Assembly (NCBI RefSeq): GCF_018128925.1
Contig: NZ_CP067007.1
Span: 1,298,330 to 1,330,329 of the forward strand
Reading direction: 5' to 3'
DNA from: Nitrosopumilus sp. K4
GTDB lineage: Archaea; Thermoproteota; Nitrososphaeria; Nitrososphaerales; Nitrosopumilaceae
Length of the DNA stretch: 32,000 nucleotides
A model generated the notes under the pieces. It had not been told where the DNA came from. It was given only the letters and a program-made list of their open reading frames with translations, and ran no database searches. Shown one piece after another: positions 9,245 through 18,176 of this stretch; position 1 is the stretch's first letter, and every line of letters starts with the position of its first letter. The position numbers and the translations under genes were made by a program.

Positions 9245-10264
9245 ATGGTAGATATTGATTTTTTTTCTAGTCCAATAGGATTAGGCCATGCAACTAGAGA
9301 CATTGCAATAGCAAAACAATTTCAAGACATCTCACTCAAATTTGTGACTGGAAGTGGTGCTGCCAAAATTATCCAAGACTCAAGTTTTAATGTAGAAAAT
9401 CTGTACATGCCACCAAAATTTATTGTAGAAAATGGAAAGTTAAAAAGTCCTGCAAAATGGCTGTGGAGTTATTTTCAATATTACAAAGAATGTAAAAAGA
9501 TCTCAAAGAAGATTATTGAAAAGGACAATCCAAGAATAGTTTTGAGTGATGAGGATTTTGCATCACTAACAATTGCTCAAAAGAAAAAAATACCAACTGT
9601 ATTGATCACAGATATTTTGGAAACTCATTTTGTAAGAGGAATTGGTTCATTTATTGAAAAAAAGATGAATAAATCAATGCAAAACATCATTGAAAAATGT
9701 GAATTGGTTATTTTACCTGAGTTTGGGGAAAATAAAGGCAATATCAAAAGAGTAGGGCCAATTACAAGACATATAAAATATTCCAGAGAAGAATTGCGCA
9801 AGAAGTTTTCATTTGATAAAAAAACCATACTTATTTCAGTTGGAGGAACTGATGCAGGATTATTTTTAATAGAAAAAACACTAGATGCTGTAAAGAAAAT
9901 TAATAGTGATGTAAAAGTGGTGGTTGTTTCAGGACCTTCTTTACAAAAAGATTTTGAAAAATATGTGACAAATTTAGGATATGTAGACAACTTGCATGAG
10001 TTTATTTTTGCATCAGACTTACTAATTTCTCTTGCAGGAAAATCAACTATAGATGAAGCAAAAGCATATGGTACGCCAGCAATATTTATTCCAATTAAGG
10101 GGCATTTTGAACAGGAAGACAATGCCAGAGAAGAAGGTTTTGAGTTCGAAGACATTTTCAAATTGGAAACAATGATCGAAGAAAAACTAACACAAAAGCG
10201 AACTTCAGTGTATTCAGATGGGGCCTCAAAGGCCGCCAAACTAATCACAGATTTAATTAAATAA
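9245..10264 (+). CDS. MurG-like / GT28-type glycosyltransferase
   Basis: 339 aa; GLGHATRDIAIAKQF, KTILISVGGTDAGLF, FIFASDLLISLAGKSTIDEAKAYGTPAIFIPIKGHFEQEDNA. Confidence 0.75.
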   Translation: MVDIDFFSSPIGLGHATRDIAIAKQFQDISLKFVTGSGAAKIIQDSSFNVENLYMPPKFIVENGKLKSPAKWLWSYFQYYKECKKISKKIIEKDNPRIVLSDEDFASLTIAQKKKIPTVLITDILETHFVRGIGSFIEKKMNKSMQNIIEKCELVILPEFGENKGNIKRVGPITRHIKYSREELRKKFSFDKKTILISVGGTDAGLFLIEKTLDAVKKINSDVKVVVVSGPSLQKDFEKYVTNLGYVDNLHEFIFASDLLISLAGKSTIDEAKAYGTPAIFIPIKGHFEQEDNAREEGFEFEDIFKLETMIEEKLTQKRTSVYSDGASKAAKLITDLIK

Positions 10265-10314
10265 TTTTTTGATCCAATGCTTAATAGATGGCCAATAATT
10301 TTTCTTAAAGTACC

Positions 10315-11730
10315 ATGACAAAACTAGTAGTTGCTAAATTTGGAGGAAGTGCAATCGGTCCTAATGGAGAGGCGATTCCAAAAATAATTGAAAGAATTAA
10401 TGATTTAAAAAAAGATTCAAAGGTTCTTGCAGTTTTTTCAGCACCACTAACTACAGATAATGGAAAAAAACGCTCACTTACTGATGTTATATTAGAACAG
10501 GGCAGAAATGCTGAAAGTGGTTCTAAAGTAAATCTTGAACTAGTAAAATCAACTTATGATAAAATTTTGGATATGGTAGATTCGGATAATAAAGAGGAAT
10601 GCAAAAAAACAATGGATTCATTCCTAGAAATGGCTAAAAATGCATTAGAAGAGGCCCTAGAAAAAAGGCAATTTGCAGATGAGGTACGTTCACGTGCCTT
10701 AGCATTTTCGGGTGAAATTCTCATGTCCCATGTAATGAACTACATCTTGAGAAGCAATGGAATGAAAAGTGATGCTGTAAGTTTTGCTGATTGGCCAATA
10801 ATTACAGATCACAACATAGAATCTACAAATTTTCTGGCATCAAAATCACGTGACAGATTAGAAAATACAGAGAAGATGGTAGAACAAAATGATGTTGTAA
10901 CAATTGGAGGATTTATTGGAAAAACTGAAGATGGAATCACAACAACATATGAACGTGGGGGCTCAGATAGAACAGCAGCTGATCTAGGAATACTATTTCA
11001 TAAAAAATATGAAACTAGAATAGATTTTGAAAAAGACAGTTCCGTAGTATCTGCAGATCCAAAAATCGTTGAATCAGGATTAACAGAAGTAGTTCAGTTA
11101 TCATATAATGAAGCAAGATTAGCTGGAATGTTTGGAATGAAAATTTTGGATCCGATAGCTATCAAAGAGATTGTTGAAAATGGGGTAGACATGCCAATAA
11201 TAGTTACTAACATGAAAGATCCATCAAAAACAACAACAATCAAAAGAATTCCAGACAACAAAGAAGGACATCCAATCAAAATTGTTACAGGAAAAGAAAA
11301 TTGTGCAATATTTAGAATTGAAACAACAAATGTTCAAAAATTACTTACATCTCTAGAGAAAGATAAAAGATATAGTGAATTCATAATATTGTCACCTTTT
11401 ACTAAAGACGGTATTGAATTTTCAAGGATATTGTTTCTTGATGGAGATTATGTTAAAAGAAATGAAAAATATTTCTTAGGATTTGATTCTCTTGCAACAA
11501 TAACATACAACAGAGGAGTAATCACATTAATTGGAGATGAAATGTGGAGAGTTCAACAAGTTGCATCAAGAACTAGTGCAAGAATAGGTGAAGAGGGATT
11601 AAACATCTTGAATATGGATGCGCAAGAAGAGACTTCAAGAATAATCATTGTTGTGGAAGATTCCGAAGGGAATATCAGAAAGGCGATTAGTGCAGTACAC
11701 GACGAAAAATCAAAAATAAATTTTGTATAA
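10315..11730 (+). CDS. lysC: Aspartate kinase
   Basis: 471 aa; VVAKFGGSAI, SGEILMS, TTYERGGSDRTAADLG, and C-terminal ACT-like region RTSARIGEEGLNIL. Confidence 0.9.
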   Translation: MTKLVVAKFGGSAIGPNGEAIPKIIERINDLKKDSKVLAVFSAPLTTDNGKKRSLTDVILEQGRNAESGSKVNLELVKSTYDKILDMVDSDNKEECKKTMDSFLEMAKNALEEALEKRQFADEVRSRALAFSGEILMSHVMNYILRSNGMKSDAVSFADWPIITDHNIESTNFLASKSRDRLENTEKMVEQNDVVTIGGFIGKTEDGITTTYERGGSDRTAADLGILFHKKYETRIDFEKDSSVVSADPKIVESGLTEVVQLSYNEARLAGMFGMKILDPIAIKEIVENGVDMPIIVTNMKDPSKTTTIKRIPDNKEGHPIKIVTGKENCAIFRIETTNVQKLLTSLEKDKRYSEFIILSPFTKDGIEFSRILFLDGDYVKRNEKYFLGFDSLATITYNRGVITLIGDEMWRVQQVASRTSARIGEEGLNILNMDAQEETSRIIIVVEDSEGNIRKAISAVHDEKSKINFV

Positions 11731-11742
11731 TTAGTTGAGTGT

Positions 11743-11850
11743 AACAGGCGTTACTGATTTTCATCAGCACCGCCAAACTGGGTTTGTTCTTGGGACCATT
11801 ATCTAGATTTAGCCCGGCGTTACCCAAAACACGCGTTAAGTATAGTTATC
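11743..11850. ncRNA. Candidate structured non-coding RNA (strand and ends uncertain)
   Basis: Intergenic, visibly GC-richer than flanks. On the minus strand it contains GGCG-GTG-CTGAT-GAAA-ATCAG-TAA-CGCC (GNRA-capped hairpin) and CAAAC-CCA-GTTTG. A TATA-like CTATACTTAA lies just upstream on the minus strand. Confidence 0.35.
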
Positions 11851-11886
11851 ATTTCTACTATTTAGAGCTGATCTATATAGATCCGT

Positions 11887-12141
11887 TTACATACGCTCAG
11901 CTAAAAACCACAAAACCAAACCAAGTCCAATCAACGCATACCACTTGAAGTTTTTCTTATTCATGAAAACATTGGGTGAGGCTAATTCTTCATCATTGTA
12001 TGTAGTAAAACGGATTTTTCTCATCTCAAAGGCTTGCCCAACTAATCCAACAATTAAAAGAGCAATTGCAGGAAACCCCAAAAACCATTCCATGGTAAAA
12101 ATAGGATTACACAGAATATGTAGTTTCCATGTTGTGCTCAT
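11887..12141 (-). CDS. Hypothetical small membrane protein
   Basis: 84 aa with two hydrophobic segments. A shorter start MEWFLGFPAIALL at about 12093 is equally plausible. Confidence 0.55.
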   Translation of the reverse strand: MSTTWKLHILCNPIFTMEWFLGFPAIALLIVGLVGQAFEMRKIRFTTYNDEELASPNVFMNKKNFKWYALIGLGLVLWFLAERM

Positions 12142-12185
12142 TTTGAAGATAATTCTTTAAATTGGTAGTGTTTTTTTCGTCTCCT

Positions 12186-13100
12186 ATGCAAGAAGTTGGA
12201 AAAATTTGGATGAATGGGAAATTGATACCATTCAAAGATGCCAAAGTACACGTTCTAACTCATGCACTTCATTATTCAACATCAATTTTTGAAGGAATTC
12301 GTTGTTATGATACCCCTAAAGGTTCTGCAATTTTTAGATTACCTGAACATGTAGATCGATTTTTCAAATCAGCAAAACTATATTCAATGAAAATGCAATT
12401 TTCAAAAAAAGAAATATCAGATGCAATCATCAAGACAGTAAAAGCAAGTGGCCTCAAAGAATGTTACATTAGACCTCTAGCATATTACGGATACGGTACA
12501 ATGGGATTAACTCCAACACATAACAAAGTGGATGTTTCTATAGCATGTTGGGAATGGAAGATGGGAGAGTCAAAAGCTGGAAAATTCTCAGGTGCAAAAT
12601 GTAAGGTTTCAAGTTGGATTAAGATTGATTCAAGATCACAGCCAATGCAAGCAAAAGCTGCATCAAATTATGCAAATGCCGCATTAGCCAGAGTTGAAGC
12701 ACTAGAAAATGGTTATGATGAGGCAATCATGCTAAATATTCATGGAAAAATCGCAGAAGGCAGTGCTGAAAATATTTTTGTTGTTAAAGACGACATTATT
12801 CAAACCCCGCCACTTTCAGCTGGAGGATTAGAAGGCATTACAAGAGACAGCGTAATTCAGATAATAGAAGCAAACGGAGGATTTGTAATTGAAAGAGACC
12901 TTGAAAGAGATGATCTTTATGCAGCTGATGAAATATTTATGACAGGAACTGCTGCAGAAGTAAAATCTGTTTCTCAAATTGATAAAGTAAAGATAGGAAC
13001 AGGAAAGATGGGAACAATTACTAAAGCATTACAAAAATCATTTTCAGATGCTGCATTGGGAAAAGATGAAAGATTTTTGCCATGGTTGACATATTTGTAA
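12186..13100 (+). CDS. ilvE: Branched-chain amino acid aminotransferase
   Basis: MQEVGKIWMNGKLIPFKDAKVHVLTHALHYSTSIFEGIRCY..., YIRPLAYYG, SAENIFVVKDDII; fold-type IV PLP enzyme. The track start at 12162 looks extended. Confidence 0.9.
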   Translation: MQEVGKIWMNGKLIPFKDAKVHVLTHALHYSTSIFEGIRCYDTPKGSAIFRLPEHVDRFFKSAKLYSMKMQFSKKEISDAIIKTVKASGLKECYIRPLAYYGYGTMGLTPTHNKVDVSIACWEWKMGESKAGKFSGAKCKVSSWIKIDSRSQPMQAKAASNYANAALARVEALENGYDEAIMLNIHGKIAEGSAENIFVVKDDIIQTPPLSAGGLEGITRDSVIQIIEANGGFVIERDLERDDLYAADEIFMTGTAAEVKSVSQIDKVKIGTGKMGTITKALQKSFSDAALGKDERFLPWLTYL

Positions 13101-13142
13101 ATATTAAGAAGTTTTTTATCATCAATTTATACTCATAAAATC

Positions 13143-13304
13143 ATGGAATCCTGTTCAACTGGCGACACTCAAGAGATTTGTTGGTTCTGTAGAAAAGGTA
13201 GACATGCAGACTGTATGAAAGAAATTCCTACAGATGGAAAGTCTGATGGGCCGCATGATTGCACATTTGATACAAAGATGATTCCTTGTAAATGCCAACA
13301 TTAG
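13143..13304 (+). CDS. Cysteine-rich small protein (53 aa; absent from the ORF track)
   Basis: Hand translation MESCSTGDTQEICWFCRKGRHADCMKEIPTDGKSDGPHDCTFDTKMIPCKCQH*. Seven Cys, ATG start, fits the intergenic gap between ilvE and the methyltransferase. Confidence 0.6.
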   Translation: MESCSTGDTQEICWFCRKGRHADCMKEIPTDGKSDGPHDCTFDTKMIPCKCQH

Positions 13305-13339
13305 AGTAGTAACAAATACCAGAGTTTTTGAAACATTGT

Positions 13340-13894
13340 ATGAATTACAATAAAGAGTTTTGGGACAAGTACACTACAGAAAACGAAGCAAGATACAATG
13401 AAGAATTTGCAAAATTTGTAAGAGATTTGGCAATTTCCCTTCGTTGCAATAGCGTACTTGAGATAGGATGTGGTACAGGTATTGATTTAAGGTTATTTTC
13501 TGAATCGTTTGAGGTTAATGGTGTGGACCTTCATGATGAAGCATTAAAGATTGCAAAAGAGAAACAACCTGCAGGAAAATTCAAAAACAGTTCAATTACA
13601 GAATTACCGTTTGCAGACTCTTCAATAGATTTTGTATTTACTCATCAATTACTAAATTATCTCGATGATGAAACACTTGAAAAAGGAATTGCTGAAATGT
13701 ATAGAGTTGCTAGAAAATACATTATGAATTGTGAAAGATTTAGTATGATAGAAGAAAATATTGACAAAGATCACAAGTTTAGAAATATGAAAAAAAGGTG
13801 GATGGATTACAAGGTAAAAATTGTTAGCGATGTTGATATGCATGAAGAGATTGAACCAGATAAATCAAGATTTACATTATTGAAAAAACTATAG
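13340..13894 (+). CDS. SAM-dependent methyltransferase
   Basis: VLEIGCGTGIDLRLF, VNGVDLHDEAL, LPFADSSIDFVFTHQLLNYL. The track start at 13328 is TTG; ATG at 13340 preferred. Confidence 0.82.
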   Translation: MNYNKEFWDKYTTENEARYNEEFAKFVRDLAISLRCNSVLEIGCGTGIDLRLFSESFEVNGVDLHDEALKIAKEKQPAGKFKNSSITELPFADSSIDFVFTHQLLNYLDDETLEKGIAEMYRVARKYIMNCERFSMIEENIDKDHKFRNMKKRWMDYKVKIVSDVDMHEEIEPDKSRFTLLKKL

Positions 13895-15685
13895 TTATTT
13901 TTTTGTAGAGATTTCATCATACAGTTTTACGTCAGATTTTGGTAATCTAATTGTAAATGTTGTAGGGTTGTTAGATACCGTTATTCTTCCACCATGTTGT
14001 TCTACAATATTTTTACAGCTTGCAAGTCCCAACCCAGTTCCTTTTTGTTTTGTGGTAAATAGTGGTTCAAAAATTTTGTCTTTCACAGCATCTGGAATTC
14101 CTGGACCAGAATCAACAAAGTCTATAATTACATCATCATATTTTTGACTGATTTTAATTTGAATATCACCACCATTATCCATAGCCTGAATAGAATTAAT
14201 TATCAAATTAATGAAAACAGCATCCATTTTTATCAGATCACAATCAATTGTTTTATCATCTCCAGAAATTGCAATTTTTATATCATGAGGAATACTGATT
14301 TTATCAATTGAGTTAAGAAGTGTTTTTCTTAATGAAACAGGTTCAAGTTTTAGAGGCGAGTTTCTAACATAGTCTAACACATCATCAACTTGATGAGAAA
14401 TTCTCTCAATACTTTTTTCAATTAAATCTAGTCTTTTAGTGATAACGGTATCTGAAATTTTTGTGTCTGCTGGATGTTGTTTAATCAAATCAACAGACAT
14501 TTTCATAACAGAGAGAGGGTTTCTAAGATCATGAGCCAAGCGACCAGATAACTCACCTATTGCAGATAATCGTTCAGCCTTGAGAACTTCATGGGTTTTT
14601 TCTTCAACTAGATTTTCAAGATTATTTTTTTGTTCCTCTAATTCTCTGGTTCGCATATAAACCATTTTTGTCAAACTCTTGTTAACTGTCAAAACAATCA
14701 TAGTAAAAACAGCAAGCATTGCAAAAACACCCATCATAATATTTTCTATTGATAGGCTTTCTTCAGAATCAACATATACTAAACTCGTTAACGATATCAA
14801 AACAACCATTGACACAATGATCAAAGTTAATGGAATTCCATATTTGCTGATTGTTTCAAATTGAATATTTTCAGAGAAAAATATTCCCTGATTCTTGTCA
14901 TTTGAGGTATAAGCCAGTTTTAGACGATTTTCAAGTGAAAATATCAACAGAATAAAACTATACAAATACATCAAGTCAACAGGATGTCCATCATAGTAAT
15001 TTCCGTCAAGTTCGGCAAACAAAAAGAAAGTATCTGAAACAGAATATATCAAAAATCCAAAAAGCAGTAGCATCCAAGAATAGTTTGCACCTCTTTTTGC
15101 CAAAAACATAATTCCAATTATTGCAGGCGTGATTTGGAACGCTGCTAAAATAGGATATGATAATGCAATGGATGTATCAAATGCGTGTTCACCCTCCATA
15201 TCATCATATGCTGCTGAAAATGAAGGGATCAGAAATGAGATTGAAAGCCCCATTGCAAACATCCAAACTTTTTTTGAAATAGATTTTCTAACCGGCTTTA
15301 AAGAAATTAACAAAAAGGCTACAAAGAAGGGATATGCTGCCATGTAGAAAATATCAGCTTCTGATGGAAATGGATCCATATCATAAATATGATCATAGAT
15401 TGCCCAGATTTGTTCAGCAGAAAACCAACACATGGCACCAATTGCAAATAACAAAAATGCTTTTGATTGAAAGTGATTTTGTTTGTGTAATTTAACTGCA
15501 AGAATTGAGGAAAGAACTACCAACAATCCAGGAATTATAGAGTATGATGGGACTGAAATCCACATAAATTGTGAATCGTCAAGAAATGGTCTTGCTTGAT
15601 AGATAAGAGTAATTCCAATAAGAGTTGAAATAAGGTAAATTATGGAACGCGTATGAGTTTTAGTATGTTTTTTTTCAAGTTGCAT
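13895..15685 (-). CDS. Membrane sensor histidine kinase
   Basis: 596 aa; multi-TM N-terminus, GELSGRLAHDLRNPLSVMKMSVDLI H-box, NLIINSIQAM N-box, DSGPGIP and TKQKGTGLGLASC G-boxes. Confidence 0.92.
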   Translation of the reverse strand: MQLEKKHTKTHTRSIIYLISTLIGITLIYQARPFLDDSQFMWISVPSYSIIPGLLVVLSSILAVKLHKQNHFQSKAFLLFAIGAMCWFSAEQIWAIYDHIYDMDPFPSEADIFYMAAYPFFVAFLLISLKPVRKSISKKVWMFAMGLSISFLIPSFSAAYDDMEGEHAFDTSIALSYPILAAFQITPAIIGIMFLAKRGANYSWMLLLFGFLIYSVSDTFFLFAELDGNYYDGHPVDLMYLYSFILLIFSLENRLKLAYTSNDKNQGIFFSENIQFETISKYGIPLTLIIVSMVVLISLTSLVYVDSEESLSIENIMMGVFAMLAVFTMIVLTVNKSLTKMVYMRTRELEEQKNNLENLVEEKTHEVLKAERLSAIGELSGRLAHDLRNPLSVMKMSVDLIKQHPADTKISDTVITKRLDLIEKSIERISHQVDDVLDYVRNSPLKLEPVSLRKTLLNSIDKISIPHDIKIAISGDDKTIDCDLIKMDAVFINLIINSIQAMDNGGDIQIKISQKYDDVIIDFVDSGPGIPDAVKDKIFEPLFTTKQKGTGLGLASCKNIVEQHGGRITVSNNPTTFTIRLPKSDVKLYDEISTKK

Positions 15686-15852
15686 TAGTATTCAGCTCCT
15701 AACTTCATACTTTTTCTAAATGAACAGATATAATAGATTTTCCCTTGCCCCATCATACAAATTTGTATAGAATTCAAATAGTTAATCCTCTTTGTGTAAC
15801 ATAAATTACATACAGAAGAATAATTAATATAATAATAGGTTCATACTTTGAT

Positions 15853-16233
15853 ATGAACAAAACTATCTTAGTGGCTGAAGACGATATTGATTTACTAAAA
15901 ATTTATGCTGAAATTTTAGAGTATAACGGATTTGATGTCAAAACTGCCACAGACGGAGAAGAGGCAGTATCAGCATATGAAGAGGTTTCTCCAGGATTGG
16001 TGATTTTAGATGGGGATATGCCTACTATGAATGGTTTTGAAGCATTTTCAACCATTATCAAAAAAGACAAAAATGCTAATGTGGTTATTGTTACCGGTTA
16101 TTCTGATTTTGATAAAAAATGCAGTAATGCATTACAAAATGGATTAATTTCAGTGGTTTCAAAACCAATTGGGTTAGATAAGCTGTTAGAATTAGCTAGA
16201 AAATATTGTAATGAGTTTATTTTTGAGAAATAA
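15853..16233 (+). CDS. CheY-like response regulator receiver protein
   Basis: 126 aa; KTILVAEDDIDLLKIY, LVILDGDMPTMNGFEAF, NVVIVTGYSD, VVSKPIGLDKL. Confidence 0.92.
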   Translation: MNKTILVAEDDIDLLKIYAEILEYNGFDVKTATDGEEAVSAYEEVSPGLVILDGDMPTMNGFEAFSTIIKKDKNANVVIVTGYSDFDKKCSNALQNGLISVVSKPIGLDKLLELARKYCNEFIFEK

Positions 16234-16384
16234 AATTAGTTTTCAGAAAGATCTATAAGCTGAATTGAAACAAAAAAAGATATGACAAATAATTGGTGGA
16301 GTGGAATGCCAGAAGAAATTGAAAAAGATTTGGAAAGTTTGTCTGAATCAAACAATTAAGATAATTTTTAAAAATTTGAAAAAG

Positions 16385-16458
16385 CGGGTCTAGAGGGATT
16401 CGGACCCTCGACAGCAGGATTAAGAGTCCTGTGCGCTACCTGGCTGCGCCATAGACCC
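16385..16458 (-). tRNA. tRNA-Lys (anticodon CTT)
   Basis: Acceptor GGGTCTA/TAGACCC, anticodon arm CAGGA-CTCTTAA-TCCTG, T arm GAGGG-TCCGAAT-CCCTC. Confidence 0.94.
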
Positions 16459-16518
16459 ACTAAAAATAGAAATGCCTAGAGTTGTTATTAATCTTAAGAT
16501 TTTAAAAGAAAGGAAAAT

Positions 16519-17121
16519 TTAGTTGTGAGCTTTTGCTTCAATTTCACTGTACTTTTCTAGTATTGCTGTAAGTGCAGTTGAAACTGGTACATCATTCATC
16601 TTTTTCTTTTCGGCAAGAAGTTTTTGATATGCATCTAGTGTGATGTATACTGGAATTGAGCCATTTCCTTCAAGCAATCCTCTTACATTGAAAAGAGCGG
16701 TTTCCATACCTCTTTCAGCAGACTTTGCAAATTTTGCTTTATCCATGATTGCTCCTAATGGACCAAATGGCATTTCATAATCTACTGTCATGGTTACTCT
16801 GGTAAGATTATCACCAAGCGATTTGAATTCATTGGTAATTTGCCAGTGCTTGAATGGACCTTCAATTTGTTTGGCAGAAATTTTTTCATTTCTAACAAAT
16901 TCAATTGTTTCACAATCCCATTCGAGACGTTTGCCGCTAAAGTCACCGATTATTCTAAATGTTGTTCCAACACCCATACCTTCTTTGATGTCCATTGGGA
17001 CTACAGTCATTCCTACTGCATCAGTTTTGATTTGATCAGAAACATGTTCTGGTCTTGCAAAGTAGGTAAAAACATTCTCTACAGGTGTCTTAATATCGAT
17101 TGATTTTGTTACGACGGTCAA
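16519..17121 (-). CDS. SRPBCC / polyketide cyclase-like (START fold) protein
   Basis: 200 aa starting at TTG; VTKSIDIKTPVENVFTYFARPEHV...GVGTTFRIIGDFSGKRLEWDCETIEFVRNEKIS...HWQITNEFKSLGDNLTRVTMTVDY. Confidence 0.75.
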   Translation of the reverse strand: MTVVTKSIDIKTPVENVFTYFARPEHVSDQIKTDAVGMTVVPMDIKEGMGVGTTFRIIGDFSGKRLEWDCETIEFVRNEKISAKQIEGPFKHWQITNEFKSLGDNLTRVTMTVDYEMPFGPLGAIMDKAKFAKSAERGMETALFNVRGLLEGNGSIPVYITLDAYQKLLAEKKKMNDVPVSTALTAILEKYSEIEAKAHN

Positions 17122-17216
17122 CGATTCAATGTCTTGCCAATAAGGATTTAAAGGTTTTGAAGATTTCTCGTTGTAAATTGATTAACACTATATTCTTCTA
17201 ACAATAATGCAACAAT

Positions 17217-17741
17217 GTGAAAAAATTGCGATCAGTCGTTTTTTTGGTTTTCCTGGTGTTTTCCACAATACCAATTTTCTCTGAGGCCTATGCTCATTCC
17301 ATGTTTAATTCGGCTGAACAATTTCTAGGGGGGTACAGGGTCCAAGTTGCAACACTTCCTGAATTTCCACAGATAGGAGAAACATCACAGATTCTGTTTA
17401 GAGTTACAGATGAAAATTATGAGGAAGTTGACAGGTTTACCATGGGGGTCAGATTCTTCTATAATGACCAGCAGATTGATGCAATTCCACCAAAATCACA
17501 TGAAGCTGGGCACTATGAAGTGGATTATGTATGGGAAAATTCAGGAAACCACATTGTTCGTGTAGATTTATACGATATGGGAGGAAATTCAGGAGTTTTG
17601 ACTTATGCATTTAACATGAGTACTCAAAGTCCGTTTGGATACATTTTCATTATCGCAATTACTATAGGTGCACTTACTCTAGGTGTAGTAGTAGCATATA
17701 TCTACATTCCAAAAATTCTTAAATCCAAAACTAAAGCTTAG
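17217..17741 (+). CDS. Secreted/membrane-anchored protein of the oxidase neighbourhood (YtkA-like beta-sandwich candidate)
   Basis: Signal peptide, extracellular domain and C-terminal TM (GYIFIIAITIGALTLGVVVAYIYI). Convergent with ctaA-like gene (11-nt overlap). Confidence 0.65.
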   Translation: MKKLRSVVFLVFLVFSTIPIFSEAYAHSMFNSAEQFLGGYRVQVATLPEFPQIGETSQILFRVTDENYEEVDRFTMGVRFFYNDQQIDAIPPKSHEAGHYEVDYVWENSGNHIVRVDLYDMGGNSGVLTYAFNMSTQSPFGYIFIIAITIGALTLGVVVAYIYIPKILKSKTKA

Positions 17742-18174
17742 CTTTTATCGGATTTTTTGCAATTCTAAATGCAAACAGCGTTGTCAGTAATACCATAGAG
17801 AACAACAATATTCCCACTCCAAGATGAATAGCAACCAGAACTGCATGAAGTTTTAGATCAATAACTAGAGCACCTAATGTAATTTGTGTGATTACTAGTG
17901 CAGAAGCTAAAGTGCTTGTAAATTTAATTTTTTTATCAGCTCTTTTGTTCAACCAACTTGCAATCATTGTAGCAGCTACTAAACTTGCAGTGGTTGCAGC
18001 AACAAGACGATGAATCCATTCAATAAGGTATTCATCACTTGGCATAATTCCATCTGGACATAAAGGCCATTCAGGACATGTTAATCCAAGTCCAGCTGCC
18101 GAAACATAACCTCCAACAAACATTAGAGAGTACAAAACGATAAGAGTTGCTAGTGCAAGATATTGAATTGCCAA
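17731..18174 (-). CDS. ctaA: Heme A synthase-like (CtaA/COX15) protein, half-size
   Basis: 147 aa with four TM segments, GLTCPEWPLC, EWIHRLVA and AIHLGVG. Adjacent to oxidase genes. Confidence 0.8.
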   Translation of the reverse strand: MAIQYLALATLIVLYSLMFVGGYVSAAGLGLTCPEWPLCPDGIMPSDEYLIEWIHRLVAATTASLVAATMIASWLNKRADKKIKFTSTLASALVITQITLGALVIDLKLHAVLVAIHLGVGILLFSMVLLTTLFAFRIAKNPIKAKL

Positions 18175-18176
18175 GT

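Noticed and set aside
9625-10248. 207-aa minus-strand ORF opposite the glycosyltransferase
   Set aside because: Shadow ORF antisense to a well-supported gene; its sequence (runs of Ser/Phe/Leu) resembles no protein family.
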